A stretch of 63,587 nt of DNA, filler included, from Rhabdomonas costata (GCA_019059605.1; 34 parts of 34 records of this genome joined end to end with filler, not necessarily neighbours in it), one strand, 5' to 3'; positions 1 through 12,532 are shown, counted from the first letter of the whole stretch. Program-made: numbers and translations. The notes: a model not told the origin generated them from the sequence alone.

Positions 1-1001
1 GGGGTTTGGGTAACACTCCCACTTTCACGCCAGCCCCCGCTCCACGGTTTTCGTAGCAAATGCACTAAAAGTCATGGGTGATGTTTTTGAATCAGACACT
101 CCTTTCAGTGCTGGGATGGAGCTTATCGGTGCGTGCTAATGAGGGGGAGGGGGGCATTCAACCCCACCACCCATACCAGCGCTCTTTCCTGCTAAGTCAA
201 TTGAAGGTCCTAGAACCCGCTAAATGTCTTGATGCGGGGCTTGCTTGTCTGCGTGGAGGAGTATAATTGTGGGCCACGGGACCTACGACCCCCCGTTTAG
301 GCGGGCTAGCCTGGTGAGTGAAGATGTGAGCGAAGAACCTACCACTTCCTGAAAGCAGACTGGGTGGATCATGGTATACCAGAGTACCCCTATAACCTAA
401 GCCCCTCAGGGCGCCATGGCCCGGCTGTTTGGAGAATCCCCCCCCCACCTGCACACACTCACACGCAAACACAAATGGGGGCGGGCTGCACACTAATGCC
501 TTGTGGGGTAGGCTAGATGGGGTGACTTGAGAAAGTCAAGGTGTGCAAGCTAGGGCCACTTGAGCCTACAGAGCCTGTAGAGGGTGCCTATGGATGTGCC
601 TATGGATATGGGGATATAGCTGAACACAGACCCCGCTTTGCGGTGGTGGTAACTCCTCCGGGCTCAGTTTCCCGTTGGGGCCTGTGCGGAAGAGTGAGCT
701 TGTTCAGCGCGCTTGCCTGAACCGCCCTCTGACGCCTTTCGGAGACCCACCAGTTCCTTTCAAAAGTGAACAATCCAACGCGGATTATGCTGTCCCTCCG
801 GAACCCATCCCTCCTTCGCACTGTGCGTCTTTTTAGCTGCGGGTTTATCTTTGGTTGCTTGCTCACCTGTGCAGCCTCTGGGCCCCCCGCCTCCCTACGT
901 GGATGACCGGCCGAGACCTCGAAGGACCTTCGAAGCCAGGGTGTGATTATCTCCTCCCGCCCCGTTGCTCCCTTGCGTTGCCCTCTCCGCACGCGCGGCA
1001 T

Positions 1002-1006
<5 letters not shown>

Positions 1007-1034
<28 letters not shown>
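1007..1034. repeat. (CA)n microsatellite; similar (GT/CA)n tracts at ~1914-1944, 17959-18001, 44680-44695 and 62068-62100
   Basis: Direct reading. Confidence 0.95.
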
Positions 1035-1035
<1 letters not shown>

Positions 1036-1528
1036 CGTTTGGTTTTTGGCTTGGTTTGGTTTGGGGGGTTCCTGAGCAGGGGTTGGTCGTTGGTCCATTC
1101 ACCTTCCTCATCCTCAAGGCCGACAGGTTCGTTTGGAGATTTTCCTTTAGCGTGGCGGACATGCACAGCCACCCACTCAAGTCAACAACTGGATACTTGG
1201 AAGGCGTTCGGTTTATCAGCATCAAGTCCGCTTTTTGAAACGCAACTGCCCCTAAAGATTCAAAGGGCCTGCACTTGACCCCCGCAAGACAATCACAAAC
1301 AAAGCATCCGAGTTCATTTTGCTGTGAACCTGAAGTATGGCCTGCCTTTTGGTATAAGCGGGGCCACGATTTTGACCAGTGTAGGTGGCTCTACCATCAT
1401 TTGTGGTGCTGGGAGATGTCGGCAGACGGCAGAACTACGACAAAGAGGAATCCGATCGCGTAGAACGTCAGGAGGATTTTGTTCTGCCTTGGTGACTTGT
1501 CGACGAGCGTGCGCATACCTCCACACAG

Positions 1529-1750
1529 GTGGAGCTGCATCCCGAGGTGGAGGCCCTGCTGGCCACGTTGTTCCGGGACGGCCTGCTGTCCGCCGATTAC
1601 ATTGACGACGCGTGCCGGAGAGTGCTGTGGGAGGCCCCCCCGGAGAAGGCGTGCGGGGCCCTGCAGAACCTGGCCAACGCCTTGGTGTGCCAGGTCGAGA
1701 TCCCGAGTTACTCGGCGCACCTCCAGATGATCCTAAGTGGGAAAAGACAG
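1529..1750 (+). CDS. Internal exon of a protein with an hnRNP Q/R acidic (NURR)-like helical domain
   Basis: GC-rich 222-nt exon bounded by cacag| and |gtcggc. VELHPEVEALLATLFRDGLLSADYIDDACRRVLWEAPPEKACGALQNL resembles the L..L...G.L....LD..A...L pattern of that domain (by eye). Confidence 0.5.
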
Positions 1751-1776
1751 GTCGGCGCGGGTATACAAACACCCCC

Positions 1777-1876
1777 NNNNNNNNNNNNNNNNNNNNNNNN
1801 NNNNNNNNNNNNNNNNNNNNTTAATTAATTAANNNNNNNNNNNNNNNNNNNNNNNNNNNNNNNNNNNNNNNNNNNN
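1777..1876. other. Artificial contig linker (44 N + TTAATTAATTAA + 44 N); first of 33 such linkers, recurring about every 1.87 kb up to 61713-61812
   Basis: The identical N-padded six-frame-stop 12-mer separates size-sorted ~1.77-kb contigs. Confidence 0.99.
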
Positions 1877-1910
1877 CCCCACGTAAGGTTCACCCTCGCC
1901 AAGTGCACCA

Positions 1911-1946
<36 letters not shown>

Positions 1947-3997
1947 CTAGTCGTCCTCAACGTGCACGATGGCCTTTGGCCGCGTGCCGCCTTTCGCTGA
2001 AATCATGTTTTGTCCTTTTGCTTTCAAAACTGGGGTTTGTGTTGCTGTGGAAGAAGAAAGATGCGCACATCGCGGTGGACCCTTTCCCAACGACCACTTT
2101 CCGAGCTCGTTTTTTTGCGTTTCTTTTTTCATTCTCAAGAAAGAGATTTTCGTGCTGGTACTAACCAATGGTGGGGTTGGGGGTTGGTAACCTCCACTGT
2201 TTTAGAAATGTTGTGGGGACATCCCTTCGTTTTCCCAGAGGTTTAAAAATAAAACAAAACAAAAATTCTATTTGTTTCGTCCCCCCCCCCTTCACTTTGT
2301 TTTCAGTCTGCTGACATAGGAAAATTAACTAAAATCAAACCTTAAGAATCATGGCGTTCGCGTAGAAAAGCGCTGTTATTTACAAAAACCTGTGAAAGAA
2401 AAATGGCCGACGCTGCGGAAAAATGAATGACAAGAAAAATGTCCCGAGCAGACAATGCGCGCTGCCTCGGTGCTCGCGCATTGAGCCCCATAATATCCCG
2501 AACCATTACGTAAATTGAAGCCGTGCTCCGAAGTTGGGTAAGGTAAGTATTCGAATTTTGAGGAGGGGGGTATTTTTGGTCTGAGGCATTCGCTTTTCTT
2601 TGTTTTCGGTCGGCCACCGTCTCTCCTCTCAAAACAAAACTGTCCACCCCGAGAGCATTCATCTGTTGTCTTTCATGGAGTTGTGTTTTTTGTTGACCGC
2701 AGCAATTATGATGAGTTGTTGTTGTTGTTGTTTTGCGAAGTGAAAAGGGTGAGAGCCGGCAGGATTTTTTCCCGACCAGGCTCTCCCTTGGTTACCTTGG
2801 GAGACAGCTTTTGCTACGCTTTCCACAGTGTTATGGTTTCGGATGGAGAGATGCGGACCGATTTCTGTTCGGTTGCTTCGACTGACCTTCCGAATTTCTT
2901 TCCATTGGCCAATGCATGCTACGGTTGGCCTGTGGTGGATGCGACCGCGGTCTGCCGCAACCCGCCTTTTTTTTTCGCATGCCCTATCTTCTTGAACGCT
3001 CATGTCTGTGCCGGAACCGCTCCGGAACCAGCCCTCTGCCTTTTCTCGTCAAGTGTGGTGTGGTGTTTTTCACTTTTGCTTTTTATTACGCTTGTAAAAT
3101 AGTTTTTTGGGGTGGGTGTGCCCCAAGCGTGTGCTGCGTCAGTGTGTGGTAGGTTGCTTCCGTTTTTAAGCTCCCTGGCCGTCCCGTCCTTCTTCCTCAC
3201 TCAGCACGCTCTTTCTTTGATACGATGGTAAGCACCCTTTGTGTTCTTCTGGGGACCTTGTGGTAGGGAGTCCTAGACATCTGAGGGGTAGTGAAATCAA
3301 ACTTGATGACACACAGCACCCAGCAGCAATGGAGTAAGAACCTTCAGCAAGTCACCAGAGAGGGAAGTTCAGGTTTTCTGGCGCTGTAGTGGGCCGGTTT
3401 CCAAGAAGCTTTCCAGTGTTAATAGGCCCTTTCCTGTGCGATTAGGGAAGAGGCTTTGCACCATTTTGAGCGGTAGGTGTCAATGTGCAGTTGTGGTAAT
3501 GGTCTAATAATTGTTCTCCTGCAGTATTATCGCTTATAATACTTTTGTATCAGCGAAAGGCTGCAGCCTTGTCCGCACTTGAGCGCCTTCTGAAGAATGC
3601 ACTTTCAGGCCTCCTTGACACTGTGGTGCCTCGGATTCTGCCTAAAATAAACAACCCCNNNNNNNNNNNNNNNNNNNNNNNNNNNNNNNNNNNNNNNNNN
3701 NNTTAATTAATTAANNNNNNNNNNNNNNNNNNNNNNNNNNNNNNNNNNNNNNNNNNNNTTGTGTGGGTATTCCACCTCCGTGGAACACGTGTCCACCACG
3801 TGGAATACCGACACAATGGCAAAAGAAAGGAGACAATTGCAAATGTCAGCATCAGAGTAGCAGAATTCTTACGCAAGTGCGAGGGAAGCTCACAGAATGA
3901 GAGAACCCTCCTACTTACACCCTCATGAGAGTCACGAAAAAAAACCCCTTCAGAGCAGGAGCCTCTCCCCCGTTCGTTCCACGCCCAGTGCACGTGC

Positions 3998-4882
3998 CTT
4001 GCTGTTGTTCTGGATCCTCTCGAAGAGAGCGGCGCAGAGCCTGGGGTTGATCCCCCGGTCGGAGTCCGCGAAGCCCATCATGGTGTGGGTCTTGCCTTTG
4101 TTTTGTCGGTTTGCTTTTTTGGAGGAATGGATCGGGAGGCCGCTGACAGAGAACCGTAGTTGACGATCCACTTTGAACGCCCTGTGCGGAGCACTGCGGG
4201 GAAGGTTTCGACCTCCCGGGGGGAGATGGGAGGGTGACGTAAGACGAGTTGAATGCGAGCTTCACAGTGTTACGTTGCCCTCTTTCGCAGACCGGTAAGA
4301 AAACAAATGCACAAAAACCACAGGAAGAGCGACACCAACCCCCAACTACCGGCCATTTTAGAGCATGAGGCGGCTGTGAAAAAAACCGAGGAAACGAAAC
4401 AGCAATGAAAGCAGCTGTCGCTGCGCGGGCTCGAATTTTGGGCGATACTCAGAGGGGACGGGACCCCTTCCCTTCAGCACTTGTAGCACCCCTCGGGCAC
4501 TTTCTTGGGTGGTGGCTGGGTGGGTATGGAGACCGGAGGAGGTCTGGCCGTAGGCGAAGATGCAGCCGTTGTAGCCCTCAAATGCGGTGTCCAGGATGGG
4601 TTGGCCCACCTTCTGGTAGCACAGCGCGTTGTCCGCCATGGGCACGCCCTCGCCAGGCGCGATCTGGCTCATGCTCCACAGCACCCCGTCAAACCCAAAG
4701 GGGAGGGTGCTGTTCTCGTTGCCCGGGTCCACCGCCACCAGGGTGGTCTCGTTGGGGGCCTGCACAGTGCACGTTGGGAGGTCCTGCCCAAACTGCTCCT
4801 TGGCCTCCTGGATCTCCTTCTCGTTGAACGGCCGCACCCGCACCATCACCTTGACCTGGTCATTGGCACCTCGCTTGGACAT
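3998..4882 (-). CDS. Kinesin motor protein, N-terminal part (kinesin-3-like); exons 4882-4534 and 4095-3998
   Basis: MSKRGANDQVKVMVRVRPFNEKE...FDGVLWS...GYNGCIFAYGQTSSG|KTHTMMG...GINPRLCAALFERI. The P-loop is restored across a GT-AG intron in phase. Confidence 0.95.
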
Positions 4883-5674
4883 TTTCAGGAGTTTTTGTTG
4901 GACTGGATGGGTTGTGTTTGGCAGTGGTTTTTCTGCAGAGAGACAAAGAGAGAAGTGGAGGCTGGGGAAGCCTCTCAGGAAAGAACACCCAAACAGAACA
5001 ACAACAACACACACAAACAAAGAGGAAGCCCCCGGGAAAAAGGGTATCTGCGGAGGCGAAGAAGGGGCGGGAGTTATAGCCAAATGCAAAGAGGAGGGAG
5101 GGCTTCGTTGTGGAGCACTGCGACACGATGGCCCGACAAAACGCAGACTCTTGCTGGACGGCATAGGCGACAACCTTAAGGAGAAGGGAGCTCCTCATTC
5201 CCCCCAAGGGGGAAGGGAAGCGCTGGAACGCGCCAATTGGAGCCCTTGGAGTGGAGAAACTGTGCCTCCCTACCCCCCGTGAACCTAAGATACGTTGAAA
5301 AAAAGGAACGCGAACTGAGGTCAGCACCCTATCGGAGTGGTCAACCAATTGCTGGGGCGGTAGTGGGAGGTGACTGCGCTGAGAAAACCACACATGAACG
5401 GCTCGCTTCTCAAATCTTCCGTGCAAAACAGAACGGGAACAAGACAGCAACACCACGAGCCGCAGCCGTGGTCTCCAGTCATACGGGGCACACGCACAAA
5501 TTGGAAGCGCAGCTGCTAGCCCACACAACAACNNNNNNNNNNNNNNNNNNNNNNNNNNNNNNNNNNNNNNNNNNNNTTAATTAATTAANNNNNNNNNNNN
5601 NNNNNNNNNNNNNNNNNNNNNNNNNNNNNNNNGTGTGGGGGGGTTGAGTGGATGGGAGGGTGAGAGGTGGATGC

Positions 5675-7295
5675 CTTCACAGCCAGTGAGGTCGAACAAG
5701 CCGCCGCTGTGGATGCAGTGCAGCACAGGAGAGCCATTATATCCCGGCGCGCACTGCACGACTCGAGTGGCACTGAGGATCGAGAGAAGCCCCAGAGCAT
5801 TGGAGCTCGCCGAGGGGGCCCACGCGAAGGCCACGGGCAGCCGCGCTGGCAGGGCACAGCGATTCGCTGATACAAACAGAAAGGGAACGCCGACCCGAGT
5901 TGGGCGATGGGAGATGGTGTGTGTCTCAATATGTTCGTCGCTACTGGCCTGGGAGTAGTGAGAGTACGAGTGGAGAATCGGGCGAGCCTGCGCATTCACG
6001 AAGCAGGTCTTCCGGAGAAGCGGAAGGTTCCGAATTATCCTCAGATGATGGTGAAGAACTTAAACGTGGACTGCCTAGAGAGGTTATGCTCCGGGTAAGA
6101 TGGGTGAGGTGGGGCACGACGTAGCCAAACATTAGGAGAGCCACCAAGAGATGACCGTAGGAGGCTGCGTCTGGAGTAGATCCTGCTGAATGTGAGGAGC
6201 GCAGCTCCAAATCACCTCTTTCATTACCATCTGAAGACTGAACCTACGAATTAGGTGACTCGGGCCCCATTGCCCTAAACAAGATACCAAAAGAAACGTC
6301 ACCGCTTTAGCACTGGGTCCCTGACCAAAGGTCATTTAGTCCACAAAAAAGCATAGAGGAGAGGCATACCGGTGCACCCGCTGAGGGTGAAGCTCCCGCC
6401 GTGGACAGCGCAGCTAACCGCGGGCACCCCGCCGTAGTGGTTGGCCACGTCGCAACTCAGCCCAGCGCAGCCCACGGCAGTGCTGAGACTGGGGCACCCC
6501 ACGGCATCCGAGAGGTACCCCGCCACGGGAAGAGACAGACTGCACTGGTTAGCTGCAGGAGGGCGAGAATGTAGTAGTAACGGCCCACACATACGCTCCG
6601 AGTGTACTGAGTTGGAGCAGAGTTTCAAATACACAGCTCCAACAATGGGGCATCGCACTGAGGACTGAGGACTGAGGACTGGGGGCTCACCGTGGTGATG
6701 CACCAAGAGTGGACACGTGGTCATTGGGCAATTAAGGGTAAAAAGACCGAGAGAGAGAGAGAGAGAGAGATGTGCCGTGGGACCATTGAGGCAGCAATGA
6801 AGTGCGTTCCAAAATGCACCGCTCTTACAAACGGGGCAGCTCAACTGAGCAACGCTTCCCGGATGAGAAGTGAGGTGCATGGCCTTTTGAGGGAAGCGGA
6901 CGTAAGGTAGAGATCAGGCCGTATTACTCAAGCTTCTGCAGACTGTCCCAAGTTTTACAATATGACACCCACCCACCACAATCGGATTCCAACCGAAATC
7001 CAATTTCCCCACCAATCACGCCAACCTCGGTCTCATATTTGAGGACCGATTGCCGTCCCCAACACCTCTGTGGGGAAAGCGGAGGAGAGCAATGCTATAG
7101 CACACGTACCCGAGCACCCCGAGAAGTTGAATGTCCCTCCGTGGGTGCCGCAGGTCACCGAAGGAACGCCGTGGAAGCCCGCCATACACTGCATCCCAGC
7201 GGCACAGGCGCCAGTCTTCTGCAAACCCGCGCACCTCCCCGGGACAGCGAGGTAGTAGCCCTCCGGGAGACTAGCTGGGATCTGGCAGAGGTTTT
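5675..7295 (-). CDS. Cys-rich repeat (probably extracellular) protein; three paralogous phase-1 exons 7295-7110, 6552-6370, 5866-5675
   Basis: Each exon is a multiple of 3 (186/183/192 nt), AG-bounded, and encodes N.C.......C....(G)Y/F.G.P...C...GG.F..SGC. Confidence 0.85.
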
Positions 7296-7716
7296 CTGGT
7301 GGGAAGAAACAACCATAGATTGAAGAGAACCAGAAAACCGCACCCAACTTCGAGAAAACAAACGCTAGTGACCATGGGACCCCCGATGTGGACCCCCCTC
7401 CCCACANNNNNNNNNNNNNNNNNNNNNNNNNNNNNNNNNNNNNNNNNNNNTTAATTAATTAANNNNNNNNNNNNNNNNNNNNNNNNNNNNNNNNNNNNNN
7501 NNNNNNGTTGTTGTGTCTCCCCCCCATTCGTCCAGACGTCAACCGCACATAATTATGCAAGAAGAAGAAAATGAGGAAGCAGAAGCGAACTCAGCATATA
7601 TTGCAGCAACGTGGAAGTTTAGACGCAAATGAAGCACATCCACGAGAACAGTCAAACCAAGACAAGAATTTGGGGTTAGGTTTAAGGCCAACAGCTGGAC
7701 CACCATTGCGTCTTGA

Positions 7717-7775
7717 ATGAGTATGTGAGTGAGTGATTGAGTGAATGAAAGATTGAGTGAATGAGTGATTGAGTG
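7717..7775. repeat. Degenerate (GAGT/GAAT)n microsatellite
   Basis: Direct reading. Confidence 0.85.
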
Positions 7776-7807
7776 TGTGTTTCTGGGGAGGCAAAAGGGC
7801 GGTCAAC

Positions 7808-8791
7808 CTGCAGCTGCACCACCTCCAGTCTCGATGCGGGTTGGGAGGACGCCCTCTGCACCCACCGGGTGGAGTCTTCCAGCCACTCCCTGCGGCAGCG
7901 CAATACGCAAAATCAATAGCTTTTTTTATGCCTTTTCTTATTTTGCGTCGTATAAAGCCATTGCGGACTAATTTTGGTTGAAAGATAATTCTCCTCTCGG
8001 AAGAGTCGACTTCCTTCCAAGGGGGTGTAAAGGTCAAGGGAAAGGTCAACGTCAGTCCATGTGAACTGAGGGTGAACGCGATAGCTGTGCTGCGCAGGTG
8101 TGCGTACCTTGGAGGGATGAAGCGGTCGATGACATCCTGCGCGGGGGTGGTCGCGGCTTGGCCCTTGAGCGGAGGCAGGTCCAGCTTCTGCCTAAATTCA
8201 GCATCCACCACCACATCCCACTGTGGCATCCGAAAGAGCCAGCGGGATGAGTGCATGCTGCCAGTGTACTAAATACGCACAGAAACCCCGTAAACCCCGT
8301 ACCACAATACTGTGCCGGAAGGGAAAGGAGGGAGTGGAGGGATGGAGGGAAAACAAGGAAGGGGAAGGGAAGGAAAAAAGGAAAAGGGAAGAGGAAGCGG
8401 CAAGTGAAAGGGAATAGAGGGAAGGGAAGTGCATGTGGGTACCTGGGGGCAGCACATCCGAGTTGGAGCACCATTGCCTGGCTTCGACATTTCGATGTGT
8501 GAGGGTACATCCTGGTACATGCCATTTACATTTACAGCCCTGCTTTGCAGAGAACGACGCGGATGGAATGCGCCACCAGCAAACAGAGGATGGAGCAGCC
8601 CTATCGGAGAGAAGGTGCGCCGGGATGAAGGGTAGGGCCAATCTGTGAGACCTCAGCTTGTTGGTTTTCTTGGTGTCATCCGGGGCTTGTGGGGGGTCCC
8701 AGGTCAGCAGGCTTTCTGGTGGCGCAGGTCCAGTGCACAGCTGAATCGCAGCCTCGGCCGCGGACGGGGAATTCTCATCGGCCCCGTCCAT
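7808..8791 (-). CDS. Axonemal dynein light chain p28/DNALI1-family protein, N-terminal part; exons 8791-8652, 8539-8443, 8220-8108, 7889-7808
   Basis: PPESLLTWDPP...AQDVIDRFIPPR|EWLEDSTRWVQRASSQPASRLEVVQLQ matches the p28 motif ILPPREW.EDG..WVQ.VSS.PATRLDVI.LQ. All exon phases are compatible and junctions are GT-AG. Confidence 0.85.
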
Positions 8792-8972
8792 ACTCGCAGC
8801 ACAACACACACCGACCGAGAAAGAAAAGAACTGTACAGGTACTCCGAAACTCAGAGTTAAAAATGGAACGAAACAGTGGAAGCGCTGGAAAAACAAAAGC
8901 GCATACCAGGCCGGCAGGCAGGTGATGAGGACAGCGCGGTATTGCAATTCACCCAAACCGTACACAATTGTC

Positions 8973-9020
8973 TAATCCTAATCGCCCTAACCCTAACACC
9001 GAACTCTATCCCTAATCCCC
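8973..9020. repeat. Degenerate CCCTAA (telomere-like) interstitial repeat
   Basis: ctaatcctaatcgccctaaccctaac...ccctaatccc. Confidence 0.55.
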
Positions 9021-9837
9021 TGACACAACTCAGCCGTTAAAGGTTCCGGATAAAGGTGGAGGGCACCCACCCAAGTTTTTCTTTGCACCCTTCTGTTCAG
9101 AGCATGTGGAAGCGAACGGGCAACGCACAGCACCCTAAAATGCTGGGTAGTTCCGTTCAAAAGCAGGATAGCATACGGAAAACGAAGGCAACGAAAAGCC
9201 GTGCATATAAAATGCGTAGAAAAACCCAGGTCTCCGTCTCGTCCTCAATGGTCAAAAGGAGTCGAGGCCACCCATGACGGNNNNNNNNNNNNNNNNNNNN
9301 NNNNNNNNNNNNNNNNNNNNNNNNTTAATTAATTAANNNNNNNNNNNNNNNNNNNNNNNNNNNNNNNNNNNNNNNNNNNNGATCCTATAGCCCCACCTGC
9401 CACTGGTGCATCCCTCTCTCTTCCATCTCAAAAGAGAAAGGACATAAAATGTCACCGTGGATGCAGGAGTTGAACTATTTGGGGCATCAGAAAATTATAA
9501 AGGGGTTAAGAAAGAATCAAAAATGTCTCACGTATTATGAAAGCATGGCTGCTTCTGTGCATTTAGATACGTGCAGCAAGCGAATGCAGTTTTCAAATTC
9601 CGCTTTTTTTGACCTGACACCCGCAAAATGTTGGATGATGTGTCATACATGTCTATGTGAGTGATACCCGCAGGAATCCCTGAATTCTCCTTTCATGTGC
9701 ATCTCTTCATAGTACTGCTATTACTCCGTTCACTTTGTTCTGTTCCATTCCGTTCTGTTCGGATATGTGTTCATAATCTTCACTTCCTCAGTTTTGGAGA
9801 AAAAATTCCCTGTGCAAAGCAGTACAATAAAAAGAAC

Positions 9838-11036
9838 CTCTGCTTGGCCTCTTTCAGTAGGTGCTTGAGATCGAGCAGGACGCTCTCGGAGGAGACCTTG
9901 TTGATGAATGTTGTGGCCAGCCCGGTCTTCCCGCAGCGCCCAGTTCGTCCTGAGGGGTGAGGAGGCAGCAATCCAACAACTTTGTCAAAACCATCCGGCT
10001 TCACACGTAACCATCCGGCTTCACACGTAATTTCAGAAAATAGGTTGCAGCTAAACCCAAGCAGGATATTAATCAGGGTCTCATTGAGCGCGTTGTGTCT
10101 GAGCGCGCATGTGTGCACCGCGGTGGGCAGGCAATTCACTTGCAGAAAAAAGGAGAGGGTAAAGCTGAAGTAGGCGTGGGGTCGTTTCAAATGGAAAGCT
10201 CTCACACTGGGCAGGTATCTCGTGCCCTTGGCGGCTCTATTAATAAGAAGAGCAGAGATCGCAAAAATGGCAGACAGATTACAACATGACGGTTTTCATT
10301 TTTGGCACAAACACTGCGCTCGTCCTCTCATCCCAATGGCGCACCAATGCGGTGAACGTAGTTCTCAATCTCCTTGGGCATGTCGTAGTTGACGACATGC
10401 TGCACGTCAGGAAAGTCAAGCCCCTTGCCTGCATGAACAAGTGCAAGGGCGCAGGAGGCCACAAACTAAATGAAGTGCATTAAGAGCCAAGCAGAAAAGC
10501 AGAGATGCAGGCAGAGGCCAGCATGCCATCAGCACCTGCGATATCTGTGGCAACCAGAACGTCCTTTGTGCCGGACTTGAAGGCCTTGATTGCAAACTCC
10601 CGCTCTTCCTGAGATCGAGAAATCCCTCCCAAGACAGAAAGCGACTCTGCATCAAGATCGGAACGTTTTTACCGGGTTTACCCAGTTTTCTGAATGGAGT
10701 AAAAACCTCAATCATACTGGACAGCAACAATAGAAAATTCTCGGCTGGAAAACGTCGGCACCGTTTTTGCTCGTGCAAGCAGTGGCCCGATCGCGTTTCA
10801 GTGACCCAAGGCTCACGTCTGCACCAAAAGGTTACCGGAACGTAATTGAGATGAGCAGCTCCCCCTTTAGTCCCTTTCAGATGCCTGACTCTTGCCCCCG
10901 TGAATCGACACCGCGTCGACGCACTTCAAGAGAAGGTACTCATGGATGTCGTCCACGTCGGCCTTGTTCTCGCAGAACACCAGCACCGGGGGAGGCGTCT
11001 TCTGCAGGCACTCAAGGAGATACACAATCTTTGCCT
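9838..11036 (-). CDS. DDX41: DEAD-box RNA helicase DDX41/Abstrakt, C-terminal helicase domain; exons 11036-10885, 10608-10536, 10428-10345, 9949-9838
   Basis: [37 protein letters not shown]...[13 protein letters not shown]...[54 protein letters not shown]. Confidence 0.95.
9991..10030. repeat. Perfect 20-bp tandem duplication within a DDX41 intron
   Basis: ccatccggcttcacacgtaa x2. Confidence 0.95.
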
Positions 11037-12376
11037 CTGTGAGCGCAATGCAGCACACACCTGGAAAATGAACCATTCCCTCATCATCATCATGTCTTGT
11101 CTGCGCTGAAACGTTGTTCAAACGACAGCAATCTGTTCTCTCCGCAAAAAAAAANNNNNNNNNNNNNNNNNNNNNNNNNNNNNNNNNNNNNNNNNNNNTT
11201 AATTAATTAANNNNNNNNNNNNNNNNNNNNNNNNNNNNNNNNNNNNNNNNNNNNAGTTTTTTTCGTATGAGATTATTTCGAATATGGGTCTTTGGTTCCC
11301 CCTCTAATTAGATTTAGAACGTGTGGATGGGAGGGACACCACAGCACCGCGCCGAGGCGCCACGTGTGTTATTTTCCAAACTATCATCTGTAATTTAGTT
11401 CCGTGCATGCATAGGTTGATTTTCTGGGAAGTGATACTGGTACCCCACTGGTACCCCATCGCCCGCTTCCCACCAATACCTTCCATGAGTTTTTTGTTCC
11501 CTCTTTCCCTGTTTGTTCTTCTTGCTGTCCGCTGAGAGCTCTGTCCCAAAGCTTTGGTGCTCATCATGTCTCTATATTATTTTCTTAATGTTTCACATTG
11601 CCCAAATGCTATGCAATTTTCTGCTCAGAACGAACGGATCAATGACAAATGGTCCAAAGCGAAGTCCTTTATTGATTTGTCGATAATTTCTGACCAAAAA
11701 AACAAAATACAACTTAAAGTAACTATAAATAACCACAAAATACATAAATTCAGTGATCAAATTGGTTTTGAGTCCAATCAATTAAAGTAGGAAAATAATT
11801 TACAACGTAACTTGGTTTTTCTGCAACAATGAAGAAAATATGAATTTTGAGGATTTGAAAAGACGCCTTGCTGAAAAGAAGGTATTTCTGCGAAGTTTTT
11901 TCTCTGTGTTTTTATTTCTCAAACTGAGAAAACTACTCAGACATGATTTTGGGGTTGACAAATGATGAAAAGCCTCAAAAGCCGTTACAAGGAATAGCAC
12001 CCGGCCCGCATTTTTTTTTGGGTGGCTTTCCTCTTGCACCTCTCTGACTGCGTGGGGAAGTTGTTAGCATTCATGGACTTACGGTATTCTGGTGGTCGTG
12101 CGTGTGGGCTTCTCGCGTTGGCATTTGTTTTCATCCGGGTTTTTGTCTCCAGGGGTCTGGTTTACGATGTTGGGAGTAGGTCTTACTTGAGAGCAATCAC
12201 CCGAGTGAGAACTCCATTCGAACTCTTGGTTGAATATGAAACAAGAGGCCGTTGCTAAATTCCGCAGCTGGGTGGGCATATTCAGAAAAGTAGCTGAGGA
12301 GTGATTACCCCAGCAGGTACACGGAACGGTGCGATTGCCCCCCCTCCCGGGCCGAGCTCCACATCGTCCTTTGCAC

Positions 12377-12532
12377 CTGTGCCTCCGCTGCGGATGCTGC
12401 GGTAAGCCAGCGCGACTCTGTCGGTGGGGTCCTCATGAAGGGCCTGGCAGGCCACCTCCACGCACCGCGGGTACTCTCCCAGGCCGTGCAGCACACGGAG
12501 TAGCGCAGGAGTGGCCAGGGCACGGGCCTCCG
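12377..12532 (-). CDS. Internal exon, TPR-like helical repeat
   Basis: LLRVLHGLGEYPRCVEVACQALHEDPTDRVALAY fits the TPR pattern; AG/GT-bounded 156-nt exon. Confidence 0.55.

Noticed and set aside
3002..3650. Possible HEAT-repeat gene (RKAAALSALERLLKNALSGLLDTVVPRILPKI)
   Set aside because: Candidate exons could not be joined in a consistent phase; insufficient support.
6900..7400. Plus-strand resemblance to a decayed Ty3/gypsy protease-RT junction (PAIHCIPAAQAPVFCKP)
   Set aside because: It is the antisense shadow of the minus-strand Cys-rich exon, which has proper splice sites and two paralogous exons.
9660..9840. Possible non-canonical GG-AG junction giving DDX41 'QRIPA'
   Set aside because: Downstream residues do not resemble the DDX41 C-terminus or zinc knuckle. 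The true next exon is probably off the contig.
11962..12048. Box C (ATGATGA) ... box D (CTGA) snoRNA candidate
   Set aside because: No terminal stem and no recognisable rRNA-complementary guide.
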